This document shows positions 20,722 through 29,985 of a stretch of 64,000 bases of DNA, piece by piece (the first letter of the stretch is position 1; each line of letters opens with the position of its first letter). Under the pieces are notes generated by a model, which was given only the letters and a program-made list of their open reading frames with translations, was not told the DNA's origin and did not search any database. The stretch spans positions 23,601 through 87,600 of the forward strand of contig JBKPQB010000027.1 in the NCBI GenBank assembly GCA_046733875.1, read 5' to 3'. The translations under genes were made by a program, and so were the position numbers. This DNA is from Acidobacteriota bacterium. GTDB taxonomy: Bacteria; Acidobacteriota; Vicinamibacteria; Vicinamibacterales; 2-12-FULL-66-21.

Positions 20722-21279
20722 TCAGGCCCTTGCCTTCAATAACTGCTTGATCTCGTCGAGCTGCCGCATCACCTCCTGCTGACGCAGGGTGTCGTCGCTT
20801 GGCTTGCGTCCGATGAAGGTGAGTCCGCCCCCCGTCTCGAGGACGGCCCGTTCCACGAGGTCGAGTGACTCGAATCCCTGGCGGTGCGCCGCGGCCTCGA
20901 GCTCCGCCGTCGTAATCAGCTCCGCATCGAGTCGATCCTTCAGCACACGACCGTTCTCTACGAGGACTGCAGCTTTTCCTTCGATGACGCGGTCGAACCG
21001 CTCGTGGCGGTACAGGAAGCGCACTATGGCGTAGTTGGCCGCCATCAGTGTCGCGGCGCCGATGAGGCCGCCAAGCACGGAATTGTCGTTGCCGATGATC
21101 GCGTTCTGGACCGTGTTCGAGATCGTAAGCAGGACGATGAGATCGAGGGGATTGAGCTGTGCCAGCTCGCGCTTGCCGAAGAGCCGAATCAGAACCAGCA
21201 GCGCCGCATAGACCAGCAGCGGCCTGACGATCTTCTCGAGGATTGGAACGCCCGGAATCAGCAGATCGGACCAGATCAT
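20722..21279 (-). CDS. DUF421 (YetF-like) membrane protein
   Basis: Start placed at MIWSDLLIPGVPILEKIVRPLLVYAALLVLIRLFGKRELAQLNPLDLIVLL, the typical DUF421 N-terminus. The longer ORF (to 21366) looks like read-through. Confidence 0.7.
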   Translation of the reverse strand: MIWSDLLIPGVPILEKIVRPLLVYAALLVLIRLFGKRELAQLNPLDLIVLLTISNTVQNAIIGNDNSVLGGLIGAATLMAANYAIVRFLYRHERFDRVIEGKAAVLVENGRVLKDRLDAELITTAELEAAAHRQGFESLDLVERAVLETGGGLTFIGRKPSDDTLRQQEVMRQLDEIKQLLKARA

Positions 21280-21317
21280 GTACACCCTCCGCGCGGAGAA
21301 GTGTACGCGAACGGCCG

Positions 21318-21368
21318 TGAATGCCGAACGCGGGATGCCGTACGTTCGGCATCCCGCACTCGGCATTG
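21318..21368. other. About 50-bp imperfect palindrome between the DUF4142 and DUF421 genes
   Basis: GAATGCCGAACGCGGGATGCCGTAC / GTTCGGCATCCCGCACTCGGCATTG. The inner perfect stem is GGGATGCCG-TACGTT-CGGCATCCC. An alternative pairing is ATGCCGAACG with CGTTCGGCAT. Confidence 0.7.
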
Positions 21369-21381
21369 ATATCGCGGGCGT

Positions 21382-22074
21382 CTAGTGGGTGGTGCGCCGC
21401 TTGATGTTCTTGTCGAGCGCCTTTGCGGCCGTCAGATGCGCCTGCGCGGTCGGATACGTGTCCGCCGCCCACTGATTGATCGACGCCGTGATCGGGTTGT
21501 CGCTCTTCTCCGGCAGCACGGTCGTGGCATTGCCCTTCACTTCGGGCTTCGTGCCATCGTCAGCCGATCCGCTGGTCTTCGACTTCCACTCGTCGACAGT
21601 CTTCTTGTCGATGCGCGATTCCAGCTTGTCGACGAAGTCCTGGTGGCCGTCCACCATCTGGCTCGCGTACTCCTTGTCGAAGTCGAGGCCCTTCTTCTCG
21701 GCGAGCTTGTTGCGGACGTCCTGGTGCTTGTCGTCGACCTGCGTCGGCACCTCGATGTTGTGCTGCGACGCGATGGACTGGAGCTGGTCGCCCGCCTTGG
21801 TGTGATCGTCGATCATCATCTGCGCGAACTTCTTCACGTCGGCATTCGTGCTCTGTTGCAGCGCCAGGCGCGCCAGGTCAATCTCCGCCATGTTGGCGAT
21901 GGCGACGTCGTGCACGAAATCGCGGTCGCCCGCCGTCACATTATTGGTTCCGGCGGTCCCAACCGCCGACCCGCTGGCCGGAGCGGCCGCGCTGGTATCG
22001 TTGTTGGGTTTGTTGCTGCAGCCGAACGCAAGCGCTGTCGCGAAGACGAGGGACAGCAAACCGAAGCGTCTCAT
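21382..22074 (-). CDS. DUF4142-like lipoprotein
   Basis: Lipobox LAFGCS. Repeated helical DFVHDVAIANMAEIDLARLA and MIDDH motifs. GAGGAGG Shine-Dalgarno 7 nt upstream of the ATG. Confidence 0.7.
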   Translation of the reverse strand: MRRFGLLSLVFATALAFGCSNKPNNDTSAAAPASGSAVGTAGTNNVTAGDRDFVHDVAIANMAEIDLARLALQQSTNADVKKFAQMMIDDHTKAGDQLQSIASQHNIEVPTQVDDKHQDVRNKLAEKKGLDFDKEYASQMVDGHQDFVDKLESRIDKKTVDEWKSKTSGSADDGTKPEVKGNATTVLPEKSDNPITASINQWAADTYPTAQAHLTAAKALDKNIKRRTTH

Positions 22075-22140
22075 GACTCAACCTCCTCACTGCACATAGT
22101 CCAGCATGGATAGAGTGCAATCGGGGTGACCTGAGCCGCG

Positions 22141-23055
22141 TCAAAAGCTCAGCTTTCCTTCGCCAACCATCACGCTGCGGCCGCCGACGCGCACGCGTGT
22201 GACCTCATCGCCGGTGCCGGCAATCGAGACATACAGCCGGCTCGGCCGACCCATCTTTGCGCCTTGCAGACTGATGAAGCGGCGCAGCTGCTCCGTCGGC
22301 AGCAGCCGATGCGCGTAGAGGTAACAGCCCAGCGGTCCGCTCGCGCCTCCGGTTGCGGGATCCTCCGTAATGCCGAATCCCGGCGCCAGCATGCGGCTGT
22401 AGACCGATTCGTCGCCGTCTGATGCAGGCCGCTCGAGCGAGAAAACGAACACCGGCAGCTCCTCGAGCCCGGATTGGCGGAGCGCCGCAAGATAGGCCGT
22501 TCTGTTGATCGATACGCGGTCGACCGCCGCGCGGCTCTTCAGGGCAGCGAAGAGGAACGGAACGCCGCACGAAATCGCTTCGACCGGCAGGTTGCGGTGC
22601 ATGTCGCTGCTCTCGACATCCAGCGCCGCCGCGAAGGCAGCCAGATCGCGAACGCGGCCGCTGACGACCGGCGGCTTCTGCGTCATCCAGACGAAATCGA
22701 GCGCGTCTTCCTTCCACGACAGTGACACCGGTGTTGGCCCGACGCCGAGACCGAAGACGAACTGCTCGCGTCCGCTCTCGATGACTCCATCTGCCGCCAG
22801 AGCGAACGTGCTGCCGATCGTCGGATGGCCAGCCATCGGCAGTTCCTCGCCGGGCGTGAAGATGCGCATGCGGATATCCGTGTCCGGAGACTCCGCCGGC
22901 AAGATGAACGTACTCTCCGAGAAGGCCATCTCGTTTGCGATCCGCTGCATCTCGGCGGTGCTCAGGCCGGCGGGCTCAGGGAACACGGCGAGCTGATTGC
23001 CTTGGAAGGGGCCATCGGTGAAGACGTCAAGGTGCAGATAGCGATAGACGCGCAT
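22141..23055 (-). CDS. PhzF-family isomerase
   Basis: MRVYRYLHLDVFTDGPFQGNQLAVF N-terminus. 304 aa with a two-domain PhzF layout. Confidence 0.85.
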   Translation of the reverse strand: MRVYRYLHLDVFTDGPFQGNQLAVFPEPAGLSTAEMQRIANEMAFSESTFILPAESPDTDIRMRIFTPGEELPMAGHPTIGSTFALAADGVIESGREQFVFGLGVGPTPVSLSWKEDALDFVWMTQKPPVVSGRVRDLAAFAAALDVESSDMHRNLPVEAISCGVPFLFAALKSRAAVDRVSINRTAYLAALRQSGLEELPVFVFSLERPASDGDESVYSRMLAPGFGITEDPATGGASGPLGCYLYAHRLLPTEQLRRFISLQGAKMGRPSRLYVSIAGTGDEVTRVRVGGRSVMVGEGKLSF

Positions 23056-23123
23056 GCTCGATCATGCTCCATCGCAATCCATCCATTCACTCCATTCCGT
23101 GAATGCTATTCTTTCCTTAACAC

Positions 23124-25490
23124 ATGGCGAAGAAGAGAAAGCCCCCCGACATTTCCTTGTTCGACGCGCCCGTGGACGTCGACGCTCCGTCGGGTCCGGT
23201 TGACGAAGCGGTTTCGCTGCACGAGGCAGCGCAGACCCGGTATCTGAATTACGCACTGTCCGTCATCACGTCACGCGCGCTGCCCGACGTGCGCGACGGC
23301 CTCAAGCCCGTTCAGCGCCGCATCCTGTTCACGATGTGGCAGCAGAACCTCACTGCGGACGCCAAGCACCGCAAGTGCGCCAAGGTCGTCGGCGATGTTA
23401 TGGGCAGCTACCACCCCCACGGCGACGCGGCGCTGTACGAGACGCTCGTCCGGATGGCGCAGCCCTTCTCGCTGCGATATCCGCTCGTGGACGGTTCCGG
23501 CAACTTCGGATCGCTTGACGGCGATAGCGCGGCGGCGATGCGCTATACCGAGTGCCGCCTCGCCCGCGTCAGCGATGAGCTGCTCACCGAGATCGATCAG
23601 TCGACGGTCGCGTTCCGTCCGAACTACGACGGCACGAAGTCGGAGCCGGTGGTCCTTCCGTCGCGCGTGCCGAACCTGCTGATCAATGGCGCGACGGGCA
23701 TCGCGGTCGGGATGGCGACGAACATTCCGCCGCACAATCTCACCGAAGTGTGCACGGCGCTCGTGAAGCTGCTCGACAACCCCGATCTGAGCAGCGTGCA
23801 GCTCTGTCGCTACGTCAAGGGACCCGACTTTCCGACGGGCGGCCAGATGCTCAATTCCGCCGAGGAGCTGAAGGAAATCTACAAGACGGGATCGGGGGCC
23901 ATCCGTCTGCGCGCGACGTGGGAAGAGGGGCCGTCCACGCGCGCGACGAAGACCATTTACGTCACGAGCATTCCTTATACCGTCAACAAGTCGACGCTCG
24001 TCGAGCGTATCGCCGATGTGGCGCTCAGCCGGAAGCTCCCGCCGCTGCTCGACGTCAAGGACATCTCCACGGAAGACGTCCGCATCGCCCTCGAGCTGAA
24101 GCGCGAGGCCGACGAGAAGATGGTGATGGCGTACCTGTTCAAACATACGCCGCTCCAGACGAACTTCCTCGTCAATCTAACGTGCCTGATCCCTACCGAG
24201 AATCCCGAGGTCGGCAGGCCCGAACGGCTCGATCTCCATTCGATTCTCTGGCACTTCCTCCATTTCCGTCTGGAGGTCGTCACGCGGCGCCTGGAGCACG
24301 AGCTCGAGGCACTCAAGAAGCGCATCCACATCCTCGAAGGGTTCGAGAAGGTCTTCGACGCGCTGGACGACATCCTGAAGATCGTCCGCAAGTCGGAAGG
24401 GAAACAGGATGCTGCGCAGCAGATCATCAAGAAGTACGGCCTCGACGCGGAGCAGACCGACGCGATCCTCGAACTGAAGCTGTATCGCCTCGCGAAGCTC
24501 GAGATTCTGATTATCCGGAAGGAAGCGGAGGACAAGCGGAAGCGCGCGCGGCAGATCAGCGGGCTGCTCAAGAACGAAGACAGCCGCTGGGCGCTCGTGC
24601 GCGAGGAGATCGAGCAGATTCAGAAGGCGTACGGCGATCCGCGCCGCACCGCGATCGCGAGCGACGAAGGGGAAGCCGAGTACTCCGCCGAAGACTTCAT
24701 CGTCGAAGAAGACAACGTCATCATCGTGTCCCGCGACGGCTGGGTGAAGCGGCAGAAGGAAGTCAAGGATGTCGCGTCCACACGTCTTCGAGAAGGTGAT
24801 CAGGTTTTGGCGGTTCTGGCAGGCAGCACGCGCGCGACCGCGGTGTTCTTCAGCAATTTCGGCTTCGCCTACAGCGCGCGCATCGCGGACATTCCCGCAT
24901 CGACCGGGTACGGCGAGCCGATTCAGCGGTTCTTCAAGCTGAAGGACGGCGAGCGAATCGTATCGGCCTTCAGCCTCGATCCGAGGGTCGCGGGTCAGAT
25001 CAAACCGCACAAGGAAGGCGCCGAGCCGCGGGTCCAGGCCGTTGCCGTGTCCAGCGACGGATACAGCATGCGTTTCAGCCTCGAGCCGTTCGCCGAGCCG
25101 AGCACGCGTGCGGGGCGGCGGTTCGCGAAGGCGGGAGGGTCGGCGGAGTTCGTTGGGCTCGCGCGCATCACGGGCGACGAAATCCTCATCGCCGCCACGC
25201 GCGACGCGCGCGCGATCCTGACCAAGGTGGAGGAGGTCAACTTCCTCTCGGGACCGGGCCGCGGCGTCATCCTGATCAAGCTGACCGCGAAGGACGATCG
25301 CGTCCTCGGATTCATCGCTTCGTCAGGCGATCGCGATCTCCTGACGGTCGAAACGAGCCGGGGGGCGGAGCAGACGATCAGCACCGCGAAGTACGAGGTC
25401 ACCGGCCGCGGCGGCAAGGGGCGCGAGCTCCTGCAGCGCGGCCAGTTCACGCGCATCGTGTGGCCGGTCCCGGAGGCGTTCCCAGTGTAG
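23124..25490 (+). CDS. Type IIA topoisomerase subunit A (ParC/GyrA family; topo IV-like by size)
   Basis: [28 protein letters not shown] (catalytic Tyr) and a beta-pinwheel C-terminal domain. 788 aa. No GyrA box at the usual N-terminal edge of the C-terminal domain. Confidence 0.9.
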   Translation: MAKKRKPPDISLFDAPVDVDAPSGPVDEAVSLHEAAQTRYLNYALSVITSRALPDVRDGLKPVQRRILFTMWQQNLTADAKHRKCAKVVGDVMGSYHPHGDAALYETLVRMAQPFSLRYPLVDGSGNFGSLDGDSAAAMRYTECRLARVSDELLTEIDQSTVAFRPNYDGTKSEPVVLPSRVPNLLINGATGIAVGMATNIPPHNLTEVCTALVKLLDNPDLSSVQLCRYVKGPDFPTGGQMLNSAEELKEIYKTGSGAIRLRATWEEGPSTRATKTIYVTSIPYTVNKSTLVERIADVALSRKLPPLLDVKDISTEDVRIALELKREADEKMVMAYLFKHTPLQTNFLVNLTCLIPTENPEVGRPERLDLHSILWHFLHFRLEVVTRRLEHELEALKKRIHILEGFEKVFDALDDILKIVRKSEGKQDAAQQIIKKYGLDAEQTDAILELKLYRLAKLEILIIRKEAEDKRKRARQISGLLKNEDSRWALVREEIEQIQKAYGDPRRTAIASDEGEAEYSAEDFIVEEDNVIIVSRDGWVKRQKEVKDVASTRLREGDQVLAVLAGSTRATAVFFSNFGFAYSARIADIPASTGYGEPIQRFFKLKDGERIVSAFSLDPRVAGQIKPHKEGAEPRVQAVAVSSDGYSMRFSLEPFAEPSTRAGRRFAKAGGSAEFVGLARITGDEILIAATRDARAILTKVEEVNFLSGPGRGVILIKLTAKDDRVLGFIASSGDRDLLTVETSRGAEQTISTAKYEVTGRGGKGRELLQRGQFTRIVWPVPEAFPV

Positions 25491-25539
25491 GGCGCATGTC
25501 ACATGCGCCATCCGCCTGCGCCGGGTCTGAAGACCCGGC
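25486..25539 (+). repeat. TGTAG (containing the stop codon) followed by two perfect 8-bp hairpins
   Basis: GGCGCATG-TCA-CATGCGCC (25491-25509) and GCCGGGTC-TGAA-GACCCGGC (25520-25539). Confidence 0.85.
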
Positions 25540-25641
25540 CTGCAAGCGCGCGGGCCCGGCGCCTGCAAATCTGCGCAAGATCCAGCAGTTACAACAACTT
25601 CCGGCCCGAAGGCCAGGTGCCTGGGTTACGATAAGAAGGTC

Positions 25642-28458
25642 ATGGCATCGTGGCAGGAATTCGCGGGTCTCAACCGGGGGTACGTACTCGAGCAGTACGA
25701 GCGATTCCGCCGCGATCCCTCGCTTGTCGACCCGGAAACGCGTGCGGTTTTCGAACGCTGGACCCCTCCTGCGGAGATCGTCGAAGAGCTGCCCGCCGAC
25801 GGCAGCACGCTCCGGACGGTCGTCGAAGCCGTCTACCTGGCGCAGGCGATCCGCCGCTACGGACACCTTGCGGCTCAGCTCGATCCGCTCGGCGCCCGTC
25901 CGGTCGGCGATCCATCATTGCTTCCCGAAACGCACGGCCTCGCGGACGACGATCTGCGGCGGCTTCCCGCGACGCTGATCTCGTCGCCGTTGGTCAACGA
26001 GTCGTCGACGATGCTCGATGTGGTCGAGGCGCTGAGGCGCGTCTACTGCTCGACAACGGGATACGACTACGCGCACATCTTCGTGCCCGAAGAGCGCCAG
26101 TGGCTGCGGCAGGCGGCCGAAGGCGGACGATTCCGCGCACCCGCGGATCCGATCGATCCCGTCGCGCTCCTCGATCGTTTGACGCAGGTCGAGGCCTTCG
26201 AGAAGTTCCTGCACCGCACGTTCCCCGGGAAGACGCGGTTCTCGATCGAAGGGCTCGACATGCTCGTCCCCGTCCTGGATGAAGTGATCGCCGAGGCGGC
26301 CGAGTCCGGGATCCGCTCCATTCTGATCGGCATGGCGCATCGCGGCCGGTTGAACGTGATGGCGCACGTGCTGAACAAGCCCTACCAGCAGATCCTCGCG
26401 GAGTTCAAGGACCCGCTGTCGTCGCGAAACTTCCGCGAGGACATGGCGTGGACGGGAGACGTGAAGTATCACGCCGGTGCGCATCGCGCGATCAAGGACG
26501 GCCGCGCGATGGAACTGGTGGTCTCGATGCCGCCGAATCCGAGCCACCTCGAGGCCGTCAACCCCGTCGTCGAAGGGATGGCGCGCGCCGCGGGAACGAC
26601 GACGGATGCGCCGGGAGCGCCCGTCTTCGATCCGGCGCGCAGCGTGCCGATTCTCATTCATGGCGACGCGGCGTTCTCCGGACAGGGCATCGTCGCCGAA
26701 ACGTTGAATCTGAGCCGGCTGCCCGGCTATCAGACCGGCGGCACGATCCACATCATCGTGAACAACCAGCTCGGGTTCACCGCCGACTCGCGCGATTCCT
26801 ACAGCACGTCGTATGCGAGCGGGCTCGCACGCGGATTCAAGATCCCGATCGTCCACGTCAACGCGGACGATCCGGAGGCGTGCGTCGAAGCCGCGCGGCT
26901 GGCGATCGCGTACCGCAGGACGTTCCAGCGCGACTTCCTGATCGATTTGATTGGATACCGTCGGTACGGCCACAACGAAGGGGACGAGCCCGGCTTCACC
27001 CAGCCGATCATGTACCAGAGGATCGCGGAGCATCCGACGGTGCGCGAGATCTGGGCGCGCACCCTCGTTGACCGCGGCGTGATTCAGGCGTCGGTTGCGG
27101 AAGAGATGAACCAGCGCCGGCTGGCGGAGCTGCAGACGGCGCTGGACACGCTGCAGCCGGAGCAGCATTTCGTGGAGCCGCAGCCGGAGCCGCCGCCCCC
27201 GGGAGCGGCGGCGAAGGTGCAGACCGCGGTGCCGCTCGAGCGCTTGCGAGAACTGAACGAGTCGCTGCTGGCCCTTCCGGCCGGCTTCGCCATTCACAAG
27301 AAGCTGGAGCGCGCGCGCGAGAAGCGGGCGCACGTCCTGTCGGACCCGGAGGAGCGTACGATCGATTGGGCGACCGGCGAGGAGCTGGCGTTCGCCTCGC
27401 TTCTCGCGGACGGCATCAGCATCCGCGTGACGGGCGAGGACGTCGAGCGCGGCACGTTCAGCCAGCGGCATGCCGTGTTCCACGATGTGCAGACCGGCGG
27501 CGTGCACGTGCCGCTGCAGGCGCTTCCGCAGGCGCGCGCCGCGTTCGAGATTCACAACAGTCCCCTGTCCGAGAACGCGGTGGTCGGCTTCGAGTACGGC
27601 TACAACGTCCAGGAGCCGTCGCGGCTCGTGGTCTGGGAGGCGCAATACGGCGACTTCATCAACGGCGCGCAGGGGATCATCGACGAGTTCGTCGTGTCTG
27701 CGCGCGCGAAGTGGGGCCAGCGTCCGTCGCTGGTCCTGCTGCTGCCGCACGCGCACGAGGGGCAGGGCCCCGACCACGCCAGCGCGCGTCCCGAGCGCTT
27801 CCTGCAGCTCGCGGCGGACATCAACATGCGGATCGCGAACTGCACCACGGCTGCGCAGTACTTCCACCTGCTCCGTAGACAGGCTGCGCTGCTGCTCACC
27901 GATCCGCTGCCGCTGGTGGTGCTCACGCCGAAGAGCCTGCTGCGGCATCCGCTCGTTGCGTCCGCCCCTCGCGAGCTCGCGGAAGGGCGCTTTCGCATGC
28001 TCATAGACGACGAGGAGGCCCGCACGCGCGCTGGCGAGATTCGCCGCGTCCTGCTTTGCAGCGGCAAGATGTTCGTCGATCTCGCGGGCAGCGAACGGCG
28101 TGCGGCGGCGCGGCAAATCGCGATTGGCCGTCTCGAGCAGTTGTACCCGCTGCCGATGCGCGAGCTGCGCACGATGCTGGACGGCTATGCGGCGGCGGAG
28201 GAGATCGTCTGGGTCCAGGAAGAGCCCGAGAACATGGGGGCGTGGGAGTTCGTCCGGCTGCCGTTGAGCGACGTGGCCGGCGGACGCCCCGTTCGCTGCA
28301 TCGCTCGGCCGCGGAGCGCGAGCCCTGCGGAAGGATCGGCGGCGCGCCACGCTCGTCAGCAGCGCGCGCTCGTCGAGGCCGCGCTGGCCCCGGCGCGACC
28401 GGCGAAGGAACGCGCGGCCCCGGGCGTCAAACCAACACCCGAACAGGTGGCAGGATAG
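25642..28458 (+). CDS. sucA: 2-oxoglutarate dehydrogenase E1 component
   Basis: 938 aa. N-terminal LNRGYVLEQYERFRRDP, ThDP-binding region (HGDAAFSGQGIV), conserved C-terminus. Confidence 0.93.
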   Translation: MASWQEFAGLNRGYVLEQYERFRRDPSLVDPETRAVFERWTPPAEIVEELPADGSTLRTVVEAVYLAQAIRRYGHLAAQLDPLGARPVGDPSLLPETHGLADDDLRRLPATLISSPLVNESSTMLDVVEALRRVYCSTTGYDYAHIFVPEERQWLRQAAEGGRFRAPADPIDPVALLDRLTQVEAFEKFLHRTFPGKTRFSIEGLDMLVPVLDEVIAEAAESGIRSILIGMAHRGRLNVMAHVLNKPYQQILAEFKDPLSSRNFREDMAWTGDVKYHAGAHRAIKDGRAMELVVSMPPNPSHLEAVNPVVEGMARAAGTTTDAPGAPVFDPARSVPILIHGDAAFSGQGIVAETLNLSRLPGYQTGGTIHIIVNNQLGFTADSRDSYSTSYASGLARGFKIPIVHVNADDPEACVEAARLAIAYRRTFQRDFLIDLIGYRRYGHNEGDEPGFTQPIMYQRIAEHPTVREIWARTLVDRGVIQASVAEEMNQRRLAELQTALDTLQPEQHFVEPQPEPPPPGAAAKVQTAVPLERLRELNESLLALPAGFAIHKKLERAREKRAHVLSDPEERTIDWATGEELAFASLLADGISIRVTGEDVERGTFSQRHAVFHDVQTGGVHVPLQALPQARAAFEIHNSPLSENAVVGFEYGYNVQEPSRLVVWEAQYGDFINGAQGIIDEFVVSARAKWGQRPSLVLLLPHAHEGQGPDHASARPERFLQLAADINMRIANCTTAAQYFHLLRRQAALLLTDPLPLVVLTPKSLLRHPLVASAPRELAEGRFRMLIDDEEARTRAGEIRRVLLCSGKMFVDLAGSERRAAARQIAIGRLEQLYPLPMRELRTMLDGYAAAEEIVWVQEEPENMGAWEFVRLPLSDVAGGRPVRCIARPRSASPAEGSAARHARQQRALVEAALAPARPAKERAAPGVKPTPEQVAG

Positions 28459-28476
28459 TTGTCGGACACCTCTTCT

Positions 28477-28505
28477 GATGTAGAGCACTTCTGTAGAGGT
28501 ACCTC
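28477..28505 (+). repeat. REP-like element GATGTAGAGCACTTCTGTAGAGGTACCTC
   Basis: Two TGTAG copies (28479-28483, 28492-28496). GAGGTACCTC (28496-28505) is a perfect palindrome. Confidence 0.75.
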
Positions 28506-28537
28506 AGCGGACACCGCATCATTCACACGAACCACCT

Positions 28538-29854
28538 ATGTCTTCGAACATCGTCGTCCCTGAAGTCGGCGAATCGATCGTCGACGCCCGCGTCGCGAAA
28601 TGGCTGAAGAAGGAAGGCGACGTCGTCGCCGCGGGCGATCCGCTCGTGGAGCTCGAGACCGACAAAATCGATCTCGAGGTGGCCGCACCGCAGGCCGGCG
28701 TGCTCAGCCGCATCTCGCATCAGGACGGCGCTGACGTGAAGGTCGGGGAGGTGCTGGGCGTGATCGACGAGAGCGCCGCTGCTGCGGCGTCGAAACCATC
28801 CGCGCCCCCAGCCTCTCCCCAGACCGCCGCACCCGCATCCGCCTCCGCGGCCGCACCCGCACTCGCCGTCGATCGCACGCGCGCCACACCAACCGCAAGG
28901 AAAGCCGCGCAGCAGAACGAGGTCAACCTGTCGCAGGTGCGTGGCAGCGGCGACGCAGGACGCGTCATGCGACGCGACGTCGAGTCCGTTTCCGCTGCGG
29001 CGAAGCAGCCCGCAGAGGCGACCGCGCAGACGGCAACGCGCGGCGGTGACGGACGCCCCAGCGCACCTGCGCTCGCACCCGAACCCGCGGCGCCGGCTGG
29101 CCAGAAGGCGAAGCCCACCCCACCGGTGTCCGAGATCCTGCGGCGCCCCGAATCGGAGCGGACCGAAGAACGCGTGCGCATGTCGAAACGGCGCGCCACG
29201 ATTGCGCGGCGCCTCGTCGAGGCACAGAGCACCGCCGCGATGCTCACGACGTTCAACGAGGTCGACATGTCGGCCGTGATGGCGCTTCGCGAGCGCCACA
29301 AGCAGACGTTCAAGGATCGCTACGGCGTGGGCCTCGGCGTCTCGTCGTTCTTCGTCAAGGCCGCCATCGGCGCGCTCAGGGCCTTCCCCCGGATCAACGC
29401 GGAGATCCAGGGGGACGAGATGGTACTGAAGCATTATTACGACATCGGAATCGCGGTCGGCGCGAGCGAAGGGCTCGTCGTCCCGGTGCTGCGCGACGCG
29501 GATCGCATGACGTTCGCGGGGATCGAACAGAAGATCCGCGCGTTCGCGAAGGCGGCCGAGGACGGGACGCTGTCACTGGCGGATCTGAAGGGCGGCACAT
29601 TCACCATCACGAACGGCGGCGTCTTTGGGTCCCTCCTGAGCACGCCAATCATCAACCCGCCGCAGGTCGGGATTCTCGGGTTGCACGCCATCAAGGATCG
29701 CGCGGTCGCGATCGGCGGTCAGGTCACCGTCCGGCCGATGATGTACGTCGCGCTCACCTACGACCACCGCATCGTGGACGGCTCGGAAGCCGTGCGGTTT
29801 CTCGTGCGGGTAAAAGAGCTCATCGAGGATCCGGGCGCGCTTCTGCTCGAGTAG
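28538..29854 (+). CDS. sucB: Dihydrolipoyllysine-residue succinyltransferase (E2 of 2-oxoglutarate dehydrogenase)
   Basis: Lipoyl domain ([10 protein letters not shown]), Ala/Pro-rich linkers, E3-binding segment and catalytic DHRIVDG motif. Confidence 0.92.
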   Translation: MSSNIVVPEVGESIVDARVAKWLKKEGDVVAAGDPLVELETDKIDLEVAAPQAGVLSRISHQDGADVKVGEVLGVIDESAAAAASKPSAPPASPQTAAPASASAAAPALAVDRTRATPTARKAAQQNEVNLSQVRGSGDAGRVMRRDVESVSAAAKQPAEATAQTATRGGDGRPSAPALAPEPAAPAGQKAKPTPPVSEILRRPESERTEERVRMSKRRATIARRLVEAQSTAAMLTTFNEVDMSAVMALRERHKQTFKDRYGVGLGVSSFFVKAAIGALRAFPRINAEIQGDEMVLKHYYDIGIAVGASEGLVVPVLRDADRMTFAGIEQKIRAFAKAAEDGTLSLADLKGGTFTITNGGVFGSLLSTPIINPPQVGILGLHAIKDRAVAIGGQVTVRPMMYVALTYDHRIVDGSEAVRFLVRVKELIEDPGALLLE

Positions 29855-29861
29855 CAGCGCG

Positions 29862-29886
29862 AAACTCGCCAGGATCGCGAGTTTTT
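29862..29886 (+). terminator. Intrinsic terminator after sucB
   Basis: AAACTCGC (29862-29869) pairs with GCGAGTTT (29877-29884), running into TTTTT. Confidence 0.7.
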
Positions 29887-29898
29887 GCGATACTCTTT

Positions 29899-29975
29899 GG
29901 AATCCAGAAGCCAGGAATCTAGAACTTTAGAACCAGAACCCGGGGTACCCCTGGAACCCGGGAAGCCCGGAACCC
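29899..29975. repeat. Degenerate 7-9-nt word array (GGAATCC, AGAAGCC, GGAACCC, GGAAGCCC) between the sucB terminator and the parE-like start
   Basis: GGAATCCAGAAGCCAGGAATCTAGAACTTTAGAACCAGAACCCGGGGTACCCCTGGAACCCGGGAAGCCCGGAACCC. Confidence 0.7.
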
Positions 29976-29985
29976 TGTCGCAAAC

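Noticed and set aside
25404-25421. GRGGKG near the C-terminus of the topoisomerase A subunit, as a GyrA box that would identify the enzyme as gyrase.
   Set aside because: The canonical GyrA box (QRRGGKG) lies at the N-terminal edge of the C-terminal domain, not about 28 residues from the protein's end. Similar R-G-x-G loops recur in pinwheel blades. It is not sufficient to call gyrase.
25915-28488. An 857-aa ORF antisense to sucA, and similar long antisense ORFs (for example 18472-20154, 3181-4389, 8686-9972, 11728-13509, 31593-33398, the 5' 1.2 kb of 42400-44271, and 53188-54927).
   Set aside because: Their translations are Arg/Ala/Pro/Gly-rich low complexity with no recognisable motifs. 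Each is fully shadowed by a strongly recognisable gene on the other strand. Long shadow ORFs are expected from the scarcity of stop codons in high-GC DNA.
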